Origin: Eledone cirrhosa
Taxonomy: Eukaryota
DNA: 64,000 bases
Direction of reading: 5' to 3'
NCBI GenBank assembly: GCA_964016885.1
Contig: OZ024747.1
Location: forward strand, 46,376,001 to 46,440,000
The notes beneath the pieces are model-generated. The model made no database searches, was not told the origin of the DNA, and worked only from the letters and a program-made list of their open reading frames with translations. The number at the start of each line of letters is the position of its first letter. Position 1 is the first letter of the stretch. Position numbers and translations under genes: made by a program. This document shows, in pieces, positions 45,905-62,073 of the stretch.

Positions 45905-47125
45905 AATGTCCGAATATTCCCTTTTACATTCTGAGTTCAAATCCAGCCGAGGCTAGCTTTACCTTCCATCCTTACGTGGTCGATAAAATGAAGTATGTGT
46001 AATGCCCTGGTGTCGGGTCACTCGACTTTCCACTCCCCCAAAATTGTTGAACTTTTGTCTCAATCATAACCCTTTATTATGAGGACAGTCGCTTGGCAAT
46101 ATCGGTTCAGCGTCGGACAACATGCTGTGCGACATATAATTACGGCCTTTTACATTGTGAGTTCAAATCTCGCCAAGGTTAGCTTTGCCTTTCATTTTTA
46201 TGGGTCAATATAATAAATTATGAGTATGGTTCTGGGGTCGATTTTCCCCTCTTAGAAATTGCCATGTGTCTCAATTAGAAATTATTATTTGATTGAGTCA
46301 TTGTTGTTCTTTTAAAAACAATTTTCTGTCAACCCTTTTGCGACAACAATGATTATATCGCTTTTTTTTTTGCTTTTTTTTTTAATTACATATTTATCAA
46401 ATAATTTATGCAACATAATTCGTTTTTCTCCCTTTGCATCTGTTCACTCGATGTAATGATTTTTAAACAAGCTCATGTCGTATGTTCATAATTCAACCCG
46501 GGGCCAATAATGAAGCAATTAAAATTTGTCCCACGTCTTTATGTGTTCAATTCAAATCACGCTGAGATTGAATTCATATTTGATCCTTCCAAGGTTTATC
46601 AAATGATGTTACCAATCATATACGAGTAATGTACACGAGTCTGAATTTCTGCTCGCTTGTTTGTGTTTCATACTGTTGAAATTTGAAAACATATGCTTTC
46701 TCTCTCTTTACAAGTTATTTTATTTTTCGTTTGTTCCAAAACCCTATCTCACCCCAAGACCATTGCTGATGTTTTGTAATAAAAGACCACCGTCCAAAAC
46801 ATTATGACTAATCTATTATTTTTGAAAGCGTTATTCTAATATACTTTTCTAGTAATGTATTGTTCTCTGGGGCTGATATTGCTGTTAATTCAATTGTTTA
46901 TTTGTATTATGTATTTGACAGAATTGTCAGAGCACCAGACAAATAATTTGTAACATTCAGTTACCTCCCTTACATTCTGAGGTGAAATATCGCCGAGGTT
47001 AACTTTCCCTTTCATCCTTCCGAGGTCAAGAAAATAACGTACCAATCACATATTGGAGTCGACACATCCGACTTCCAACAGCCAGCAAATTGCTTGGTCC
47101 TTTTGCCTAAATTAGAATCTATTAT
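45905..47125 (+). mobile_element. Cluster of ~4 old family-1 SINE copies
   Basis: Diverged GAGTTCAAAT..GCC.AGG..A.CTTT.CCTT.CAT cores at ~45933, 46159, 46550 and 46979. Confidence 0.7.
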
Positions 47126-47569
47126 ATATGAATAAATATAGATACATATGTATAACACACAAACCGAAACCGCTTGGCGCTGCGGCCGGGATTCTATTTA
47201 TCTCTATGCATATGTTTACACACACACACACTGACAAAATAATATAATCTCTTACAAACATGGAAGATGTATAGCATGGAATCTTTGGATCAATGTCATC
47301 TAATAATATGATTTAAGGGTCATTTAACTGTTAATGTCCTGTACCACCTAACATCGCATTAGCATGTATTCTCAAAAAGTATAAAACAACACTACGACTG
47401 CATCACATTACATATCTGTCTAATAGTAATGATGCTCAAACCATCAGTGTAAACCTGTTTTTAAATATTTACTACTAAATCTAAGAGGTAATATTTCAAA
47501 CTTTCACAATAATTTGCCAATTAATATATATTTGAATTAACATACCTATTTTTAAGAAATATTTAGAAA

Positions 47570-47670
47570 AATAATTGTTTCTACTTTTGGCACAAGGCCA
47601 GCAATTACCCAGTGCATTACTGGTACTTTATTCTATCGACCCCGTAAGGATGAAAGGCAAAGTCAACCTC
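47570..47670 (-). mobile_element. 5'-truncated young SINE (family 1) with TSD
   Basis: Flanked by GAAAAATAATTGT at 47566-47578 and 47674-47686. Confidence 0.85.
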
Positions 47671-48695
47671 TTTGAAAAATAATTGTAGGATGTTGTTAAA
47701 TATTAGTCCGGCCTTTTATAGTAAAAAGAGAACTCGAGCTTAAGCTTTGATATTATTGTTTTTGTTTATCGTATTTTTGTTACGTTTGGTTTTGTGATAT
47801 TTATGCCAGAATTTGTATAGCGCATTACAGATGAGAGATGTAAAACATTTCATTCGACCGAAAAACAATGAGGATGTTTCAGATAAAAATACAATTAGTA
47901 TAGCCGACGTTTCTGACGGCGTGATATTGTTGGTAAAAAAAAAGACTATAAAATCTGAGTACATTTAAACGGAGAGTGGAATATAAAGTCCGTCTTCGGT
48001 ACTATTCGATTTACACAATCGCCATATTTTGACAAGAAATATCCAAGATTTTAAACCATAAATGATTTGCCGAAATGTCGACTACAGTCATCACGATTGT
48101 AGCCAAAAATAACACAACCACCACTGTTGTCAACAATAACAACATCATCAACAATAATATCAACAACACCATCACCATCTATGTCTTCATCACCGTCAGC
48201 GCCACACACAAACCAACAAAAGCAAGAAATTCCTCCCCACCACCTCTATCGAAACATGACACGGTCATTACTGCCACCACAAAATGACCACTAACAACAA
48301 AACTAACATCACCATCTCTACCATTGAACTACAAAAGACTAGTAACACCATCACAACTACAAAATACTATTATCGCCATCTCCTCTATCCTAAACGCAAC
48401 CACTAGCATCACTAGCACCATCACGGTTACCAGCATCTGGATTCCCATAGCCACCACCATTACCACCACCACCAACACCAACACCATAACTGCTATTACC
48501 AACACCACCACCACCACCGCCGCCGCAGCCGCCGCCACCACCACCAACATCACATTTTCTTTGTCGCTACAGTGTTCCTGATTGTTTTCAAAGACCATTG
48601 CTTGGTGATATTGATGGCTAATGACAGCAGGAAATGATCATATCTCTCTCCCTCTCTCTCTCTGTGTATATATATATAAACGGAGACAGAGAGAG

Positions 48696-48748
<53 letters not shown>

Positions 48749-48753
<5 letters not shown>

Positions 48754-49411
48754 GGGAAAAATGAAACGAAATTTCATTTCTCACTCTTAGTGCGGCTGTT
48801 ACTTAAATGTAAGTATGTATACGTACATACATATATGTATACAGAGTATATATATATACATACATGCACACATATATATATGTACGTATGGATTTACCGA
48901 ACATTTATTATAATGCTCGGTGTGTTTGTAAACAAACATCCCGAAATAAGCCGTGCACTGTCTAGCAACCATCGTTGCCCTTTTGTTCAACACTGACAAA
49001 GGAACGCTGTACGAGTTTCAAGCTTATTAGCTATCGTTAGCACCTTATATCTTCCTGCCAGATGAGTGAACGTCTGAAAGTATATATTTTCCTTATGCAT
49101 ATTAACGGCTGAGCAGCCTAATTTGCATTTCGAGTGAGTTAATCGGCCGGGCGCACCGAAAACGATAAACGGAAAAAATGAAACGAAATTTCATTTCTCA
49201 CTCTTAGTACGGCTGTTACTTAAATGTAAGTATGTATACGTACATACATATATGTATACAAACGTACAGTAGTATGTATATATATACATACATGCACACA
49301 TATATATATATATGTACGTATGGATTTACCGAACATTTATTATAATGCTCAGTGTGTTTGTAAACAAACATCCCGAATTAAGCCGTACATTGTTTAGCAA
49401 CCATCGTTGCC

Positions 49412-49412
<1 letters not shown>
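48749..49412 (-). mobile_element. Family-B HHR repeat, 1.6 tandem units of 417 bp
   Basis: ATGAAACGAAATTTC at 48761 and 49178. HHR at 49003-49046 with core mutated to CTAACGA. Confidence 0.85.
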
Positions 49413-52006
<2,594 letters not shown>

Positions 52007-52077
52007 TAGAAGATATCATGAAGAGTGAGAATGCATTCAAAAATCAACGATAAAAATCATAGGAAAACAGAGTCAAG

Positions 52078-52374
52078 ATAAATTAATAAAAACATTGAAA
52101 TAAAAACAAAGAACAGGTTTATTATATTGAAAAATTCATCATTTTACGATCGTTTCTGGGATATATATATGTGTTGGTATGTATATCATGTTAAAGATCT
52201 ATGTAAACAAATTACAAATTATCAGAGGAGATATACACATACCTTCACATATACATGCCATCTTTAGAAAGATATACATACCAACACACATATATTCAGA
52301 AACGATCTTAAAATGATGAATTTTTCAATATAAGAAACCTGTTCTTTGTTTTTATTTCATTGATTTTATTAATT

Positions 52375-52377
<3 letters not shown>
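52078..52377 (-). mobile_element. Fold-back unit (~105-bp IRs) containing a degenerate long-stem-II hammerhead (52142-52270)
   Basis: IR 52078-52187 / 52271-52377. Minus strand: TTT-CTAAAGA-TGG..ATATGTG..GGTATGT...ACATACC..CACATAT..CCA-GAAA-CGATCG-TA-AAA. Confidence 0.55.
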
Positions 52378-52405
<28 letters not shown>

Positions 52406-52426
52406 TAATATAAATATATATATATA

Positions 52427-52541
<115 letters not shown>

Positions 52542-52741
52542 TAATATATATATATATTAATATGTATATATATATATTAATATATATATATATTAATATG
52601 TATATATATATATATTAATATGTATATATATATATATTAATATATATATATATATTAATATGTATATATATATATATTAATATATATATATATATTAATA
52701 TGTATATATATATATATTAATATGTATATATATATATATTA

Positions 52742-52807
<66 letters not shown>

Positions 52808-52961
52808 GTGTATATATAAATATGTATATATAAGCAAGAAAGTCTTTGTAAAATCCAGTACTTCAGTATGCGGATAGGGAGAACTCAACGAAGATATAAT
52901 TTCCGGAGTTATAATAGTGACGAAACATAAGTCAATTGCATGAACTCATAATCCTTTATTT

Positions 52962-53017
52962 ACTGCTATATATATTGCGATGATAGCCATTGAATGGCTA
53001 TGACCTCATCAGGCAGT
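52962..53017 (-). ncRNA. Type I hammerhead, family C, core-mutated copy
   Basis: ACTGC-CTGATGA-GGTCATAGCCATTCAATGGCTATCATC-GCAA-TATATA-TA-GCAGT. Flanks homologous to 38280-38615. Confidence 0.75.
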
Positions 53018-53081
53018 TAGTCAGTTCTCAGATATGCCAGCTATGTGTTTATGGTGTTGATGTTATCAGAGCCTTGGGACA

Positions 53082-53141
<60 letters not shown>

Positions 53142-53244
53142 ATATATTATATATATATATAAGTCATTCCGGGTTGATTCGGAGGTAACCACAGTAAGTA
53201 AGGTACTCAATACATAGCAGAGTATAAAAGTTTTAATATAGAAG

Positions 53245-53295
53245 AGCTTCTACAGGACTAGAACTGTTTCATTCGTGAGAAATCATCAGGAAGCT
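53245..53295 (-). ncRNA. Type I hammerhead ribozyme, family A
   Basis: AGCTTC-CTGATGA-T TTC TCAC GAA T-GAAA-CAG TTCTAGTC CTG-TA/GAAGCT. Confidence 0.85.
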
Positions 53296-53654
53296 GGCTG
53301 TCCAAGTAAATGGTAGTATTTATGTCTTTCCTTATCTAGTGGAAGGAGAGGGTGGGGATTGGGATGGGTGTAGGTCATTGGTTGAATGATTTAAAGAAAG
53401 GGGATTCATTAAAAGCTAATTCTTTAAAGCTATAATATTAACAAAGGCAGAAAGCTTACTGTAAACAATCCTTCTTTATCACTTAAAGTAACAATGCCTA
53501 TAAGACAGGTGTCTACAGGATGGTTGGTGTTCAATGGTTTAAAGAAAAGGGAAATTCTTTAGAAGCTAATTCTTTAAGTCTAAAATGAGGGTTACAAAGG
53601 CAGAAAAGGTTCCACCAACAGATTCAATTTTAAATAAACAACTCATTGGGTATC

Positions 53655-53708
53655 AGTTTTCGCGGGCCGGTTAAAATCACTTCGCGGGCCCTAGGCTGCC
53701 GACCCCTG
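53655..53708. mobile_element. hAT-like MITE end
   Basis: CGCGGGCC subterminal repeats and terminus GCTGCCGACCCCTG (reverse complement CAGGGGTCGGCA). Confidence 0.45.
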
Positions 53709-53829
53709 GTCTATGTCATACCTGGTAGCTAGTGTGGGTAATGGACCTGGATTTGTTGAGACTCGAATTGATTTCGATAAGCGAAAGTTTTCGATGGTGC
53801 CTGCCACCGATATTTAGTAGATGTTTTGA

Positions 53830-54180
53830 AGGCAGATGGTTTAGGTCCTGTTTTCAGAAGTAAACCTGTATGGTGATAAACTAATCAGCCACCTATTATA
53901 ACCGTTTTGAATCCCGCGCTCGTCCCTTAAGGAGCTTTATCGGAAATCTGGTTGATACGTTACAGTTTTAGCAAGTACACATTAGTAGACAGTGGGAATC
54001 AATTTGGCACTTGTTAGACAGCTGGAAACGTGATCAATGCTGCGAAGAGCTTAGATCCTTCCCTATTACTTGGTATTACTGCACAATCCCAACGTGCGCC
54101 TAGTATCACATTTCAGTCACTCAATAAAAGTTTCCAGACGCCTGAAAAAGTAGGGTCCCTGTCTTGTCATAGAGAGGTCA
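53830..54180 (+). pseudogene. Possible decayed PLE linker + GIY-YIG remnant
   Basis: LGPVFRSKP...GTC*TAGNVINAAK...LLGITAQ..R(frameshift)RLVSH...LSCH; loose match only. Confidence 0.3.
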
Positions 54181-55533
54181 CCAGCCCCATGGCACCGGCT
54201 TTAATGCCTCGTGATCAGTCACGTGAAATCACTCTATAGTTTTAATAATATTTTAGTTTGTGATTTCCAAAGAAATCAATAACACAGATAAGCATGCATT
54301 TATCTTGTACACCGAGATGTCTCCAAGACTCTACGTCCTTCTACTCCTATTCTCTCTATGTTTGTCTCTCTCTCTCCATCTCTCTCTCTTTCACTTTGTC
54401 ACTTCCTTCTTTTCTATTCTTATTTTCTTCATTATATCTTTCTATTATTTCTTTCAATAGTATGGGGGTGAGATTAAATTCCATATTGAATTGCAAATAT
54501 TTGTTGTGAAAAAAAAAAAAAAAGAAAGAATAGGAAATCAAGAATGAAAAGATAAAAGAAAGCTAAATACTGCTAGAAGACTTAGATTTATTATAAGAGA
54601 ATGATATAGAACAATATTCGTGAGTTTATAGACTTAGTTTTGCTGACTTGGCTACTAAAATAAATAAATAACAAATAAATAGATAAGAGAAATGGTGTCT
54701 GAGAGAGAGGGAGAGTGGGGGGGGGGTGAGAGGAAGAGAGAGAGGGAAAGTGATAATGGTGGGCCAGGAGGAAAGTGTAATGAAAGGAATTGATATTGAT
54801 TATTCCTGCTATTAATAGAGATCTGATGATCCGACAAGAGGTTTTTGGTTCAAATGAAGAACGTAAAGGGTTATATTTATAAAGTGGAAACATTTTAATC
54901 CAACGAAAATAAATAAAGAATTACTTGTTGGAATAGAAAAAAGTGGACGACGTGAAATACAATACCAACTAGAGTGATGATGGTGGTGGTGGTGGTGGGG
55001 GTGGGGGTGGGGGGTGGGGGTTTAGTAAGGACAATGTCGTTGAACGGTGTTATGATGGTTATGTTGATGATGGTGTTCATTGATGAAATAGAAAATAACA
55101 CGATGATGATGATGATGATGATGATGGTAATGACGACGAAAATTCTTCTTCTGTTATTGTTCTTGCTGTTGGTGGTGAATGTGGTGATGTTGTTGCTGGT
55201 GCAAATAATGATGGTATTGGTGGTGATTGTGGCAATAGTGGTGGTCATGGTGGAAGTGGTGGTTGTGATGCTGCTGGTGTTAGTGCTATTATTGTTGAAG
55301 GGGATGATGATGGTCATGGTAATATTGATGATGATGATGATGGTGGTGGTGGTGAATAGGGCAATTTTGACATAAATTGCAAATTTAAAGAAGAGCATAG
55401 AAACAACTTGAAATATGATTATTCTAAATCTCCCTAAAATTATCACAAACTACTGTTTTATAAAATGAAGGGAATATTTGGAAAATGCGGTTTTATATAT
55501 TCTAGCCAAGTGATCAAGACGGAACGTCTTTAA

Positions 55534-55753
55534 CTCTTTAGCATTCACATTACTCTCTATATACCATTATATTTTCATGGTAAAGGTTTTACCTCGCATA
55601 ATTATCTCACATAATATCGAATCTGTGAGATTTCGAAAGTATTTATTTTGAGAACAATACCTTAACATCAGTTTGAGTAACCAGTTACAGCCAGTTTCAA
55701 CAGAAAGAGGTAGAGAATTCTGGCCGGTTTTGGCCGGTTTGAACATTAAAGGG
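55534..55753. mobile_element. TTAA-flanked MITE (piggyBac-like ends)
   Basis: TTAA-CTCTTTAGCATTCA ... TGAACATTAAAGGG-TTAA. Confidence 0.7.
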
Positions 55754-56390
55754 TTAATAATAGGTTTGCTTCATTAGGAGTGACTTGTAGTCAAACAAAC
55801 GAATTTAAATCTACTCTTAATTGCTGAATCCATCCCTAATCATATACCCTAGCACTAACGAACAGCTATGATACTCTCTGGTAACAGCAAGTTCTATATG
55901 TCACTTTTCTTATCCGAATAATCCTCGTGAGACAGGTATAAATGTCATAGAGTATCATTGTTATACGTTTTTCTACTTAATATCTTGGTATCTACAAATC
56001 GAATATTCTGATCCAACATAGATTTTGTTAGGAATTGAATAACCTGAAAGAAAGTGAGATCCAACATTTTTGAATTCACGATTCCGTTGTTTGAAGCCAC
56101 CTCTCTTGAATTATATTTCTAATATTAATTTAAAATGATATGAAGACATCAATTTCAATGTTCTTTGTTATTAGATTCAAGATGTTGTTTCTTATTAACA
56201 TTTCTATCAACTGTTACAAGAAAGTATGTAACTGAACATTTTGCCGAATAAACGATGTGATTTCGACTAGATTCACAGTTAGACTCAATTAGTTGAAATG
56301 TCGTCAATGTCAATGTTAGAGGCATGAATGCCACACCTTCTCCTTTCGCAGTGTCATTAAAATAAGGTCACTCATGAGGTTTACTGTTAA

Positions 56391-56510
56391 AATGTAATCC
56401 AGTACAACCTGTCACATATTCGGGTCGTCGGCGGCTTAACCAGCGACCCTACTAAGTTTGTTTGTGGAGGAAGATGATTTTAGACATCGTGCAAAATGAA
56501 AAACAATGGG
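56391..56510 (+). mobile_element. Diverged 5' fragment of the RTE-derived element
   Basis: ATGTAATCCAGTACAAC...TCGGGTCGTCGGCGGCTTAACCAGCGACC aligns with 41484-41600. Confidence 0.6.
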
Positions 56511-58784
56511 TAAATGAACTCATGTGAGTCAACAATCATCCAATAATGTGTACACATGTGGATGTGCGGATGTATAAATATGTTTATGTTAATTCAAGAG
56601 TGTGCAGAGCTGTAGGAGATTTAACTTGTTGCTACTGTATGATCTTTTGTGGCGTCCCCGCGTGTCCCAGTGTCTGTTCCATATGCCATTCTGTGAACTA
56701 ATGACACGCAATATATGCTCATTCAAGCTGAGCACCTAGCCCCTCTCAGTTCAAAGACGGATCTGCGTGGTGAAAAACCACATCCTACATGAGATGCCTC
56801 TGATATAGCTAGAAGAATAGGTCGGATCTGGAGGAGTAAGCCTTGATAAAATCCTGCTTGTCCCATAGTAAGCAGTAGCTCATGTGACGATCAGAGGCTT
56901 AATTAAATGACCTCAGCGTTGTGAACACCAATGGATTCACAGATGATTGACTGTTAATTCGACCTTTGGTTGGTACAACTGCTTCAGTTAGCGGAGAAAT
57001 CTATGAGCGCGTATATATTCTAGCTATTAGAAAAAAGCCAAATTTATGCTAAACCTTCGATGGAGGGACGACTCAAGAAGAAAGATGATTAAAATAATCG
57101 TATTTTTTGTTTTTATATTAACACTGACAAGTAGGTTAATTTGCATTACGTAATCTAGAGAAAGAGGCTATTCATGACCTTAAAAACCCTTTCGGGACTG
57201 GTTGAGATCGGTAAGTCTGATCTCAATTTGTAGAATAAGTGATAGCGGTACACTTTGCGTGTGCTTGGAATACATCTTAGACTTTATCTTTGAACACGTT
57301 TCTCATATATCGTGCATCCAATTACTCGGAAAAGTCATAAACCTTATTGCTTCTTTTGAATCGAGGACTTGTTCTTAAAGTAAGTTAACAATGAATTAAA
57401 CTAGTCGTTCTGTAATATTTTGTAGTAAATCACGTGAGATGTGCAACTACTAGTTTATATCTGGTTGTGGGGAGTAAGTTATCTAACGTTTATCAACTAG
57501 ACAATGGATCCAACTGCCAATCTCTACTGCAAGATTGGTGACTCTGTTCATGTAAATACTTTATCTGAAAACTGGAAGTTCATTAAAAATGCTTCTTTGA
57601 TTACAGTGATCGATTCTACTTACCAAAACGGGGCTGTTTACAAATAGGGGCACAAGGTTATTTAAGGATCCAGTGGATATCAGATGACTGAGTGTGAGAG
57701 GATACTAAGCATCGTATCTTTAACGATCCGGCTATACATTGTTTCTGGTTAGCTATATTGTCAGAATAAATGGTACCACTACACGTTCCCTCATGTAAAA
57801 TGAATATAACAGGCAAGATGTTCATAAATGGAAATCATTTGGTATTATATATCTTGTTGATCCCTGCTTCCTTTGAGCTAAACAACATCAACAGCAACAT
57901 CTTTTACACCAGCTACTGCACATAAGGAAATAAAGACATTACGAAAAGAAAAGAGGTGACTAAAAGAAACTAAATGATTGATTAAATAAAATTCGTAACA
58001 GGTACGCTTTTTTGTTGTAAGGAGGAGCGCGTTTGTCTTTTTAATGAAGATTATTCTTGGAAGAACTTACCTCTACTCACAGCACATGTGTTTATCTTCT
58101 ATTAAAAGTACATGCGTTCGCCTTTAATTACGCTCGAATATAAATGTCAACTTAAATAGAAAATTACAAAACAAAACAAGCAAACAAACTATGATTTGTC
58201 ATTCTGCATTCAAAATTGAAAAATAAATATATATTTATTATCAAGAAAACGTGGTTGATTTTCCTGATTTTAAATAATTCAATCACACTTGATGATTTTC
58301 CAAAAGTTTTGTTTAGAGATTATAAATGAAATGGAGTTCGTCTTGTTTTTGACTTGTGTATTTGTATCTTTCTTGTTCACATATTTTTGTCTTGTTATTG
58401 TTTTGACTTTTGTATTCATGTCTATGGCCATTACAAGAACAAAGTAAAACAAAAAGACGACAACGTCTGCTGTGATAATAATGAGATAAAAAAAATTCTT
58501 TGTTTATTGACCTTTCATTAACGCGACTGAAAGTCGCAAAATGATTGTACAGGAAGAGGAAGTTCAATGGAGAGAGTGAATGTATGTAGGATAAACAACC
58601 AGGTGATATATTGACCTTTAGGTAGTTACAAATATGACTGCAGTTCAGACAATTTTTGTTTATGTTTATGTGGATTTATATTGACGAAAGGTTGTTTATG
58701 TAAACAATTTTATTTATATGAATTTTACCTATCATACACACGTCAACGTTTCATTTTAATATACATATATATATATATATATAT

Positions 58785-59304
58785 ATATGTAAGTATGCAT
58801 GTATACGTACATACATATATGTATACAGACGTACAGTAGCATGCACATATATATATACATATATATATACATATGCATACAGGTACACATACATATATGC
58901 ACGTATCAGTTTAGCGGCGCTAACGTCGCTTTGTTCGTTTGTAAACAAACTGAACAGCCTGAATTTATGCCATACGGTGTTAAGGCAACCACGTCACCTT
59001 TTTGTTCAACACTGACACAGGAACGATGTACTAGTTTCAAGCTTGTTAGCTATCATCAGCACCGTTTACCCATCTGCCAGATAGTTGAACGTTCGAAAGT
59101 ATATACTTTCCTTATGAAAATTAACGGCTGAGCAGCCTAATTTGCATATTGAGTGAGTTAAATCGGTCAGGCATACCGAAAACGATAAATTGAAACAAAA
59201 TGAAAACGAAATTTCATTTCTCACTCTTAGTATGGCATACTTACATTTAAGTAAGTGCCATACTAAGAGTGAGAAATGAAATTTCGTTTTCATTTTGTTT
59301 CAAT
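58785..59304 (-). mobile_element. Family-B HHR repeat unit with terminal 49-bp fold-back
   Basis: Homologous to the 417-bp unit; perfect IR 59189-59237 / 59256-59304. Confidence 0.85.
59022..59066 (-). ncRNA. Minimal type I hammerhead ribozyme, family B
   Basis: AACGGTG-CTGATGA-T AGCT AACA AGCT T-GAAA-CTAG-TA/CATCGTT. Confidence 0.88.
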
Positions 59305-59316
59305 ATATATATATAT

Positions 59317-59327
59317 ACATACATACA

Positions 59328-59360
<33 letters not shown>

Positions 59361-59570
59361 GATGATGGTTGTCCCCTCGTTATCGAGTATGGCCATTGAA
59401 TGATATACCATTATTAATAATTATTAATTAATTATATCCTGCAATGCCTGTGCGTGAAGATATTTTTTAAAGTGAGGAAAGACTGTGCACTGAGCCAATC
59501 CCACTCTCTGAGCGACAGTAGCTATAACGCGAAAAGAAGAAAAGATCAACATCATCGGTAACTACTGAGC
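59317..59570 (-). mobile_element. Non-autonomous RTE-related element, 3' part
   Basis: Reverse complement of 42125-42360. Confidence 0.8.
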
Positions 59571-59574
59571 CACA

Positions 59575-59637
<63 letters not shown>

Positions 59638-59962
59638 TAACTTGACCACTCACCTCAGTCTGTGCCATGATTCGGTCTTGTTTATCTTCTATTACCAACC
59701 CACCTAAAAAAATTTCCCTACTATATATCTGTTGAATTACTATTCTTGTGTTTTTATTTATTTATTTATTCATTTATCTATTTATTCATTCATTTTTTTA
59801 TTTATTTACTTATTTATTTATTGAAAAAAAGCACTCTGGCTAATTGACCACTCCCCAAAGAAAAAACGGCCTGTGCCATGTTGTGGTCCTGTGTATCTAA
59901 ATACGATCCTACCCCAAAAAATCCCTCCCAGCCGCCACCCCTCCCTTACCACTACCTAAATG

Positions 59963-59970
59963 TATAAATA
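59963..59970 (+). promoter_or_regulatory. Candidate TATA box of the family-A pseudo-LTR
   Basis: TATAAATA starts 29 nt before HHR stem I; the 53245 copy has CATAAATA at a similar distance. Confidence 0.35.
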
Positions 59971-59991
59971 CCAGAACTTAATATGACACCC

Positions 59992-60042
59992 AGCTTCCTG
60001 AAGATTTCATCTGAATGAAACAGTACTAGTCCCGTAGAAGCT
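59992..60042 (+). ncRNA. Type I hammerhead ribozyme, family A
   Basis: AGCTTC-CTGAAGA-T TTC ATCT GAA T-GAAA-CAG TACTAGTC CCG-TA/GAAGCT. Confidence 0.82.
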
Positions 60043-60129
60043 CCTTCTATACAATAACAATTTTTTTACTCTGCCATGTATTGAGTACCTTACTTACTGT
60101 GGTTATCCCCGACTCAACCCGGGACCTAC

Positions 60130-60177
<48 letters not shown>

Positions 60178-61453
60178 TTAGGGTAAATATTGATGCAATT
60201 CAATTCAAGCACTCAACGTACTTATTCCACATAGGAGTGACGGAGTAAATATCGAATAAGGAAAAGCGAAGTAGTTTCAGATGTTCAAGTACGTTGAGTG
60301 CTTGAATTGAATTGCATCAATATTTACCCTAAGAATTTAGCTCCAATTAATTGAGCGCTCTATGATGTAACCGGTATAGTGGAGAAGAGAGGAACCAGCC
60401 ACTAGCTACACCCGGAAATTCCCTCTACCATGGGGATGGAAATCCCTGATACTGGACGGACATAATAATAACTTTCGGCAGGATAAATACGCGGAAACAA
60501 AAACAACGATAAACCCCTATTTTCCTGCACCAAATCGCATTTGAACAGAAGCCCCCTCAATTCAATCTATATATGGACAAATTGACAATCATATATCTCC
60601 TATCTCATTTTGCATATATGTACTGTATGTGTTTTTTGCATTTATTAGTTTTTTTCTTTTGTGTACTTTATATCTGTGTTTTTTTTATTTTGTTCCATGT
60701 GATGGAAATTCTAACTATGTACCCGACTAACTACTACCTTTCATACTGTAATTTACCCACCGTTCTACTGTACGGTAATATCGTTCAGTATGTAGATACT
60801 ATATCTGTAACATTAATACCCCGTTCAAAACTTCTTACTTAAACATCTCCCTACGTAGTAGATAATATAGGTGCATATATTATTTACTCACTTCAATCTA
60901 TATTTTTTTACTCACCTCAATCTAGATTGTCACTTGAAACATTTTTTAATTTTTAATTTCTAATTGTTGATATTTGATTTCTGATTTTAGATTTTTAATT
61001 TTTAATTTTTAGTTCTAATTTCCAACTCTCATTCATAACTTCCACTGTGAAACCATGATACCTAGAATTAAGTATATTTTCTTTTAGAGGTTGATGGTCA
61101 ATTATACTGTCCATGCTTAATGAGGGGTAGTATTGAGACCTATTGATACTCACACTCTCCCATCCCCACTGGCTTTCGGCTGACTACCACAGACGGGGTG
61201 GCTAGCAGTAAGCTATATTACAGGCCTGAATGGGTCATTGTTTGGTTGAGAGGGGGAACTGACTAAGCGAATTTCGTTGAAATCTGCGGTAACTAATGGT
61301 TAACTTCCTTCGGACCTGCGCCTGCGCAGACCGGTGGGGGTGAATTAGTACTCACAAGGGAACGAGTGAAGAACCCAAGAGCACACACTTCGTCCGTTCC
61401 CATGTCGATTCAATTTGGATTGCCTCGGAAACATAACCTTATTATGTAACAAT

Positions 61454-61525
61454 CTGTCTGACGATGTCGCGGCACTGGCGCACGCAACAGTGTGGCCACT
61501 GTCACCATTGAAATATATATCACAG
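61454..61525 (+). ncRNA. Type I hammerhead ribozyme, family E
   Basis: CTGT-CTGACGA-TGTCGCGGCACTGG...CCACTGTCACCATT-GAAA-TATATA-TC/ACAG. Confidence 0.7.
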
Positions 61526-61526
61526 C

Positions 61527-61912
61527 TTGGCAGTATCGGTAGAGGTTCGGACGCCATGCTTTGACGCATAGAGTTACGGCCCTTGCCATTCTGAGTTCAA
61601 ATCCCGCCGAGGTTAACTTTGCCTTTCATCCTTACGGGGTCGATAAAATAAAGTACCAGTAATGTACTGGGTAATTTTCTGGCCTTGTGCCAATAGTAGA
61701 AACAATTATTATTAAAAGTGCGGTGGATTGGCAGTATCGGTAGAGGGTCGGACGCCATGCTTTCCAGCATAGTTACGTCCCTTTACGATCTGAGTTCAAA
61801 TCCCGCCGAGGTTGACTTTGCCTTTCATCCTTACGGGGTCGATAAAATAAAAGTACCAGTAATGCACTGGGTAATTACTGGCCTTGTGCCTAAAGTAGAA
61901 ACAATTATTATA
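61527..61912 (+). mobile_element. Tandem pair of young family-1 SINEs
   Basis: Copies at 61527-61712 and 61719-61912. Confidence 0.9.
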
Positions 61913-62019
61913 AAAAAAAATTGAACATCTGAAACTACTTCGCTTTTCCTTATTCTCTCTATATATATATATTCAGTAAACTGAAGAATATGTGTCGTGT
62001 TTATACACACACACATACA

Positions 62020-62065
<46 letters not shown>

Positions 62066-62073
62066 TGTATGTG

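Larger units (their letters stand above)
60177..61955 (+). mobile_element. ~1.8-kb non-coding PLE-like element with inverted termini and HHR
   Basis: Perfect 47-bp IR 60177-60223 / 60287-60333; 61921-61955 is the reverse complement of 60254-60288; HHR at 61454. Confidence 0.65.
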
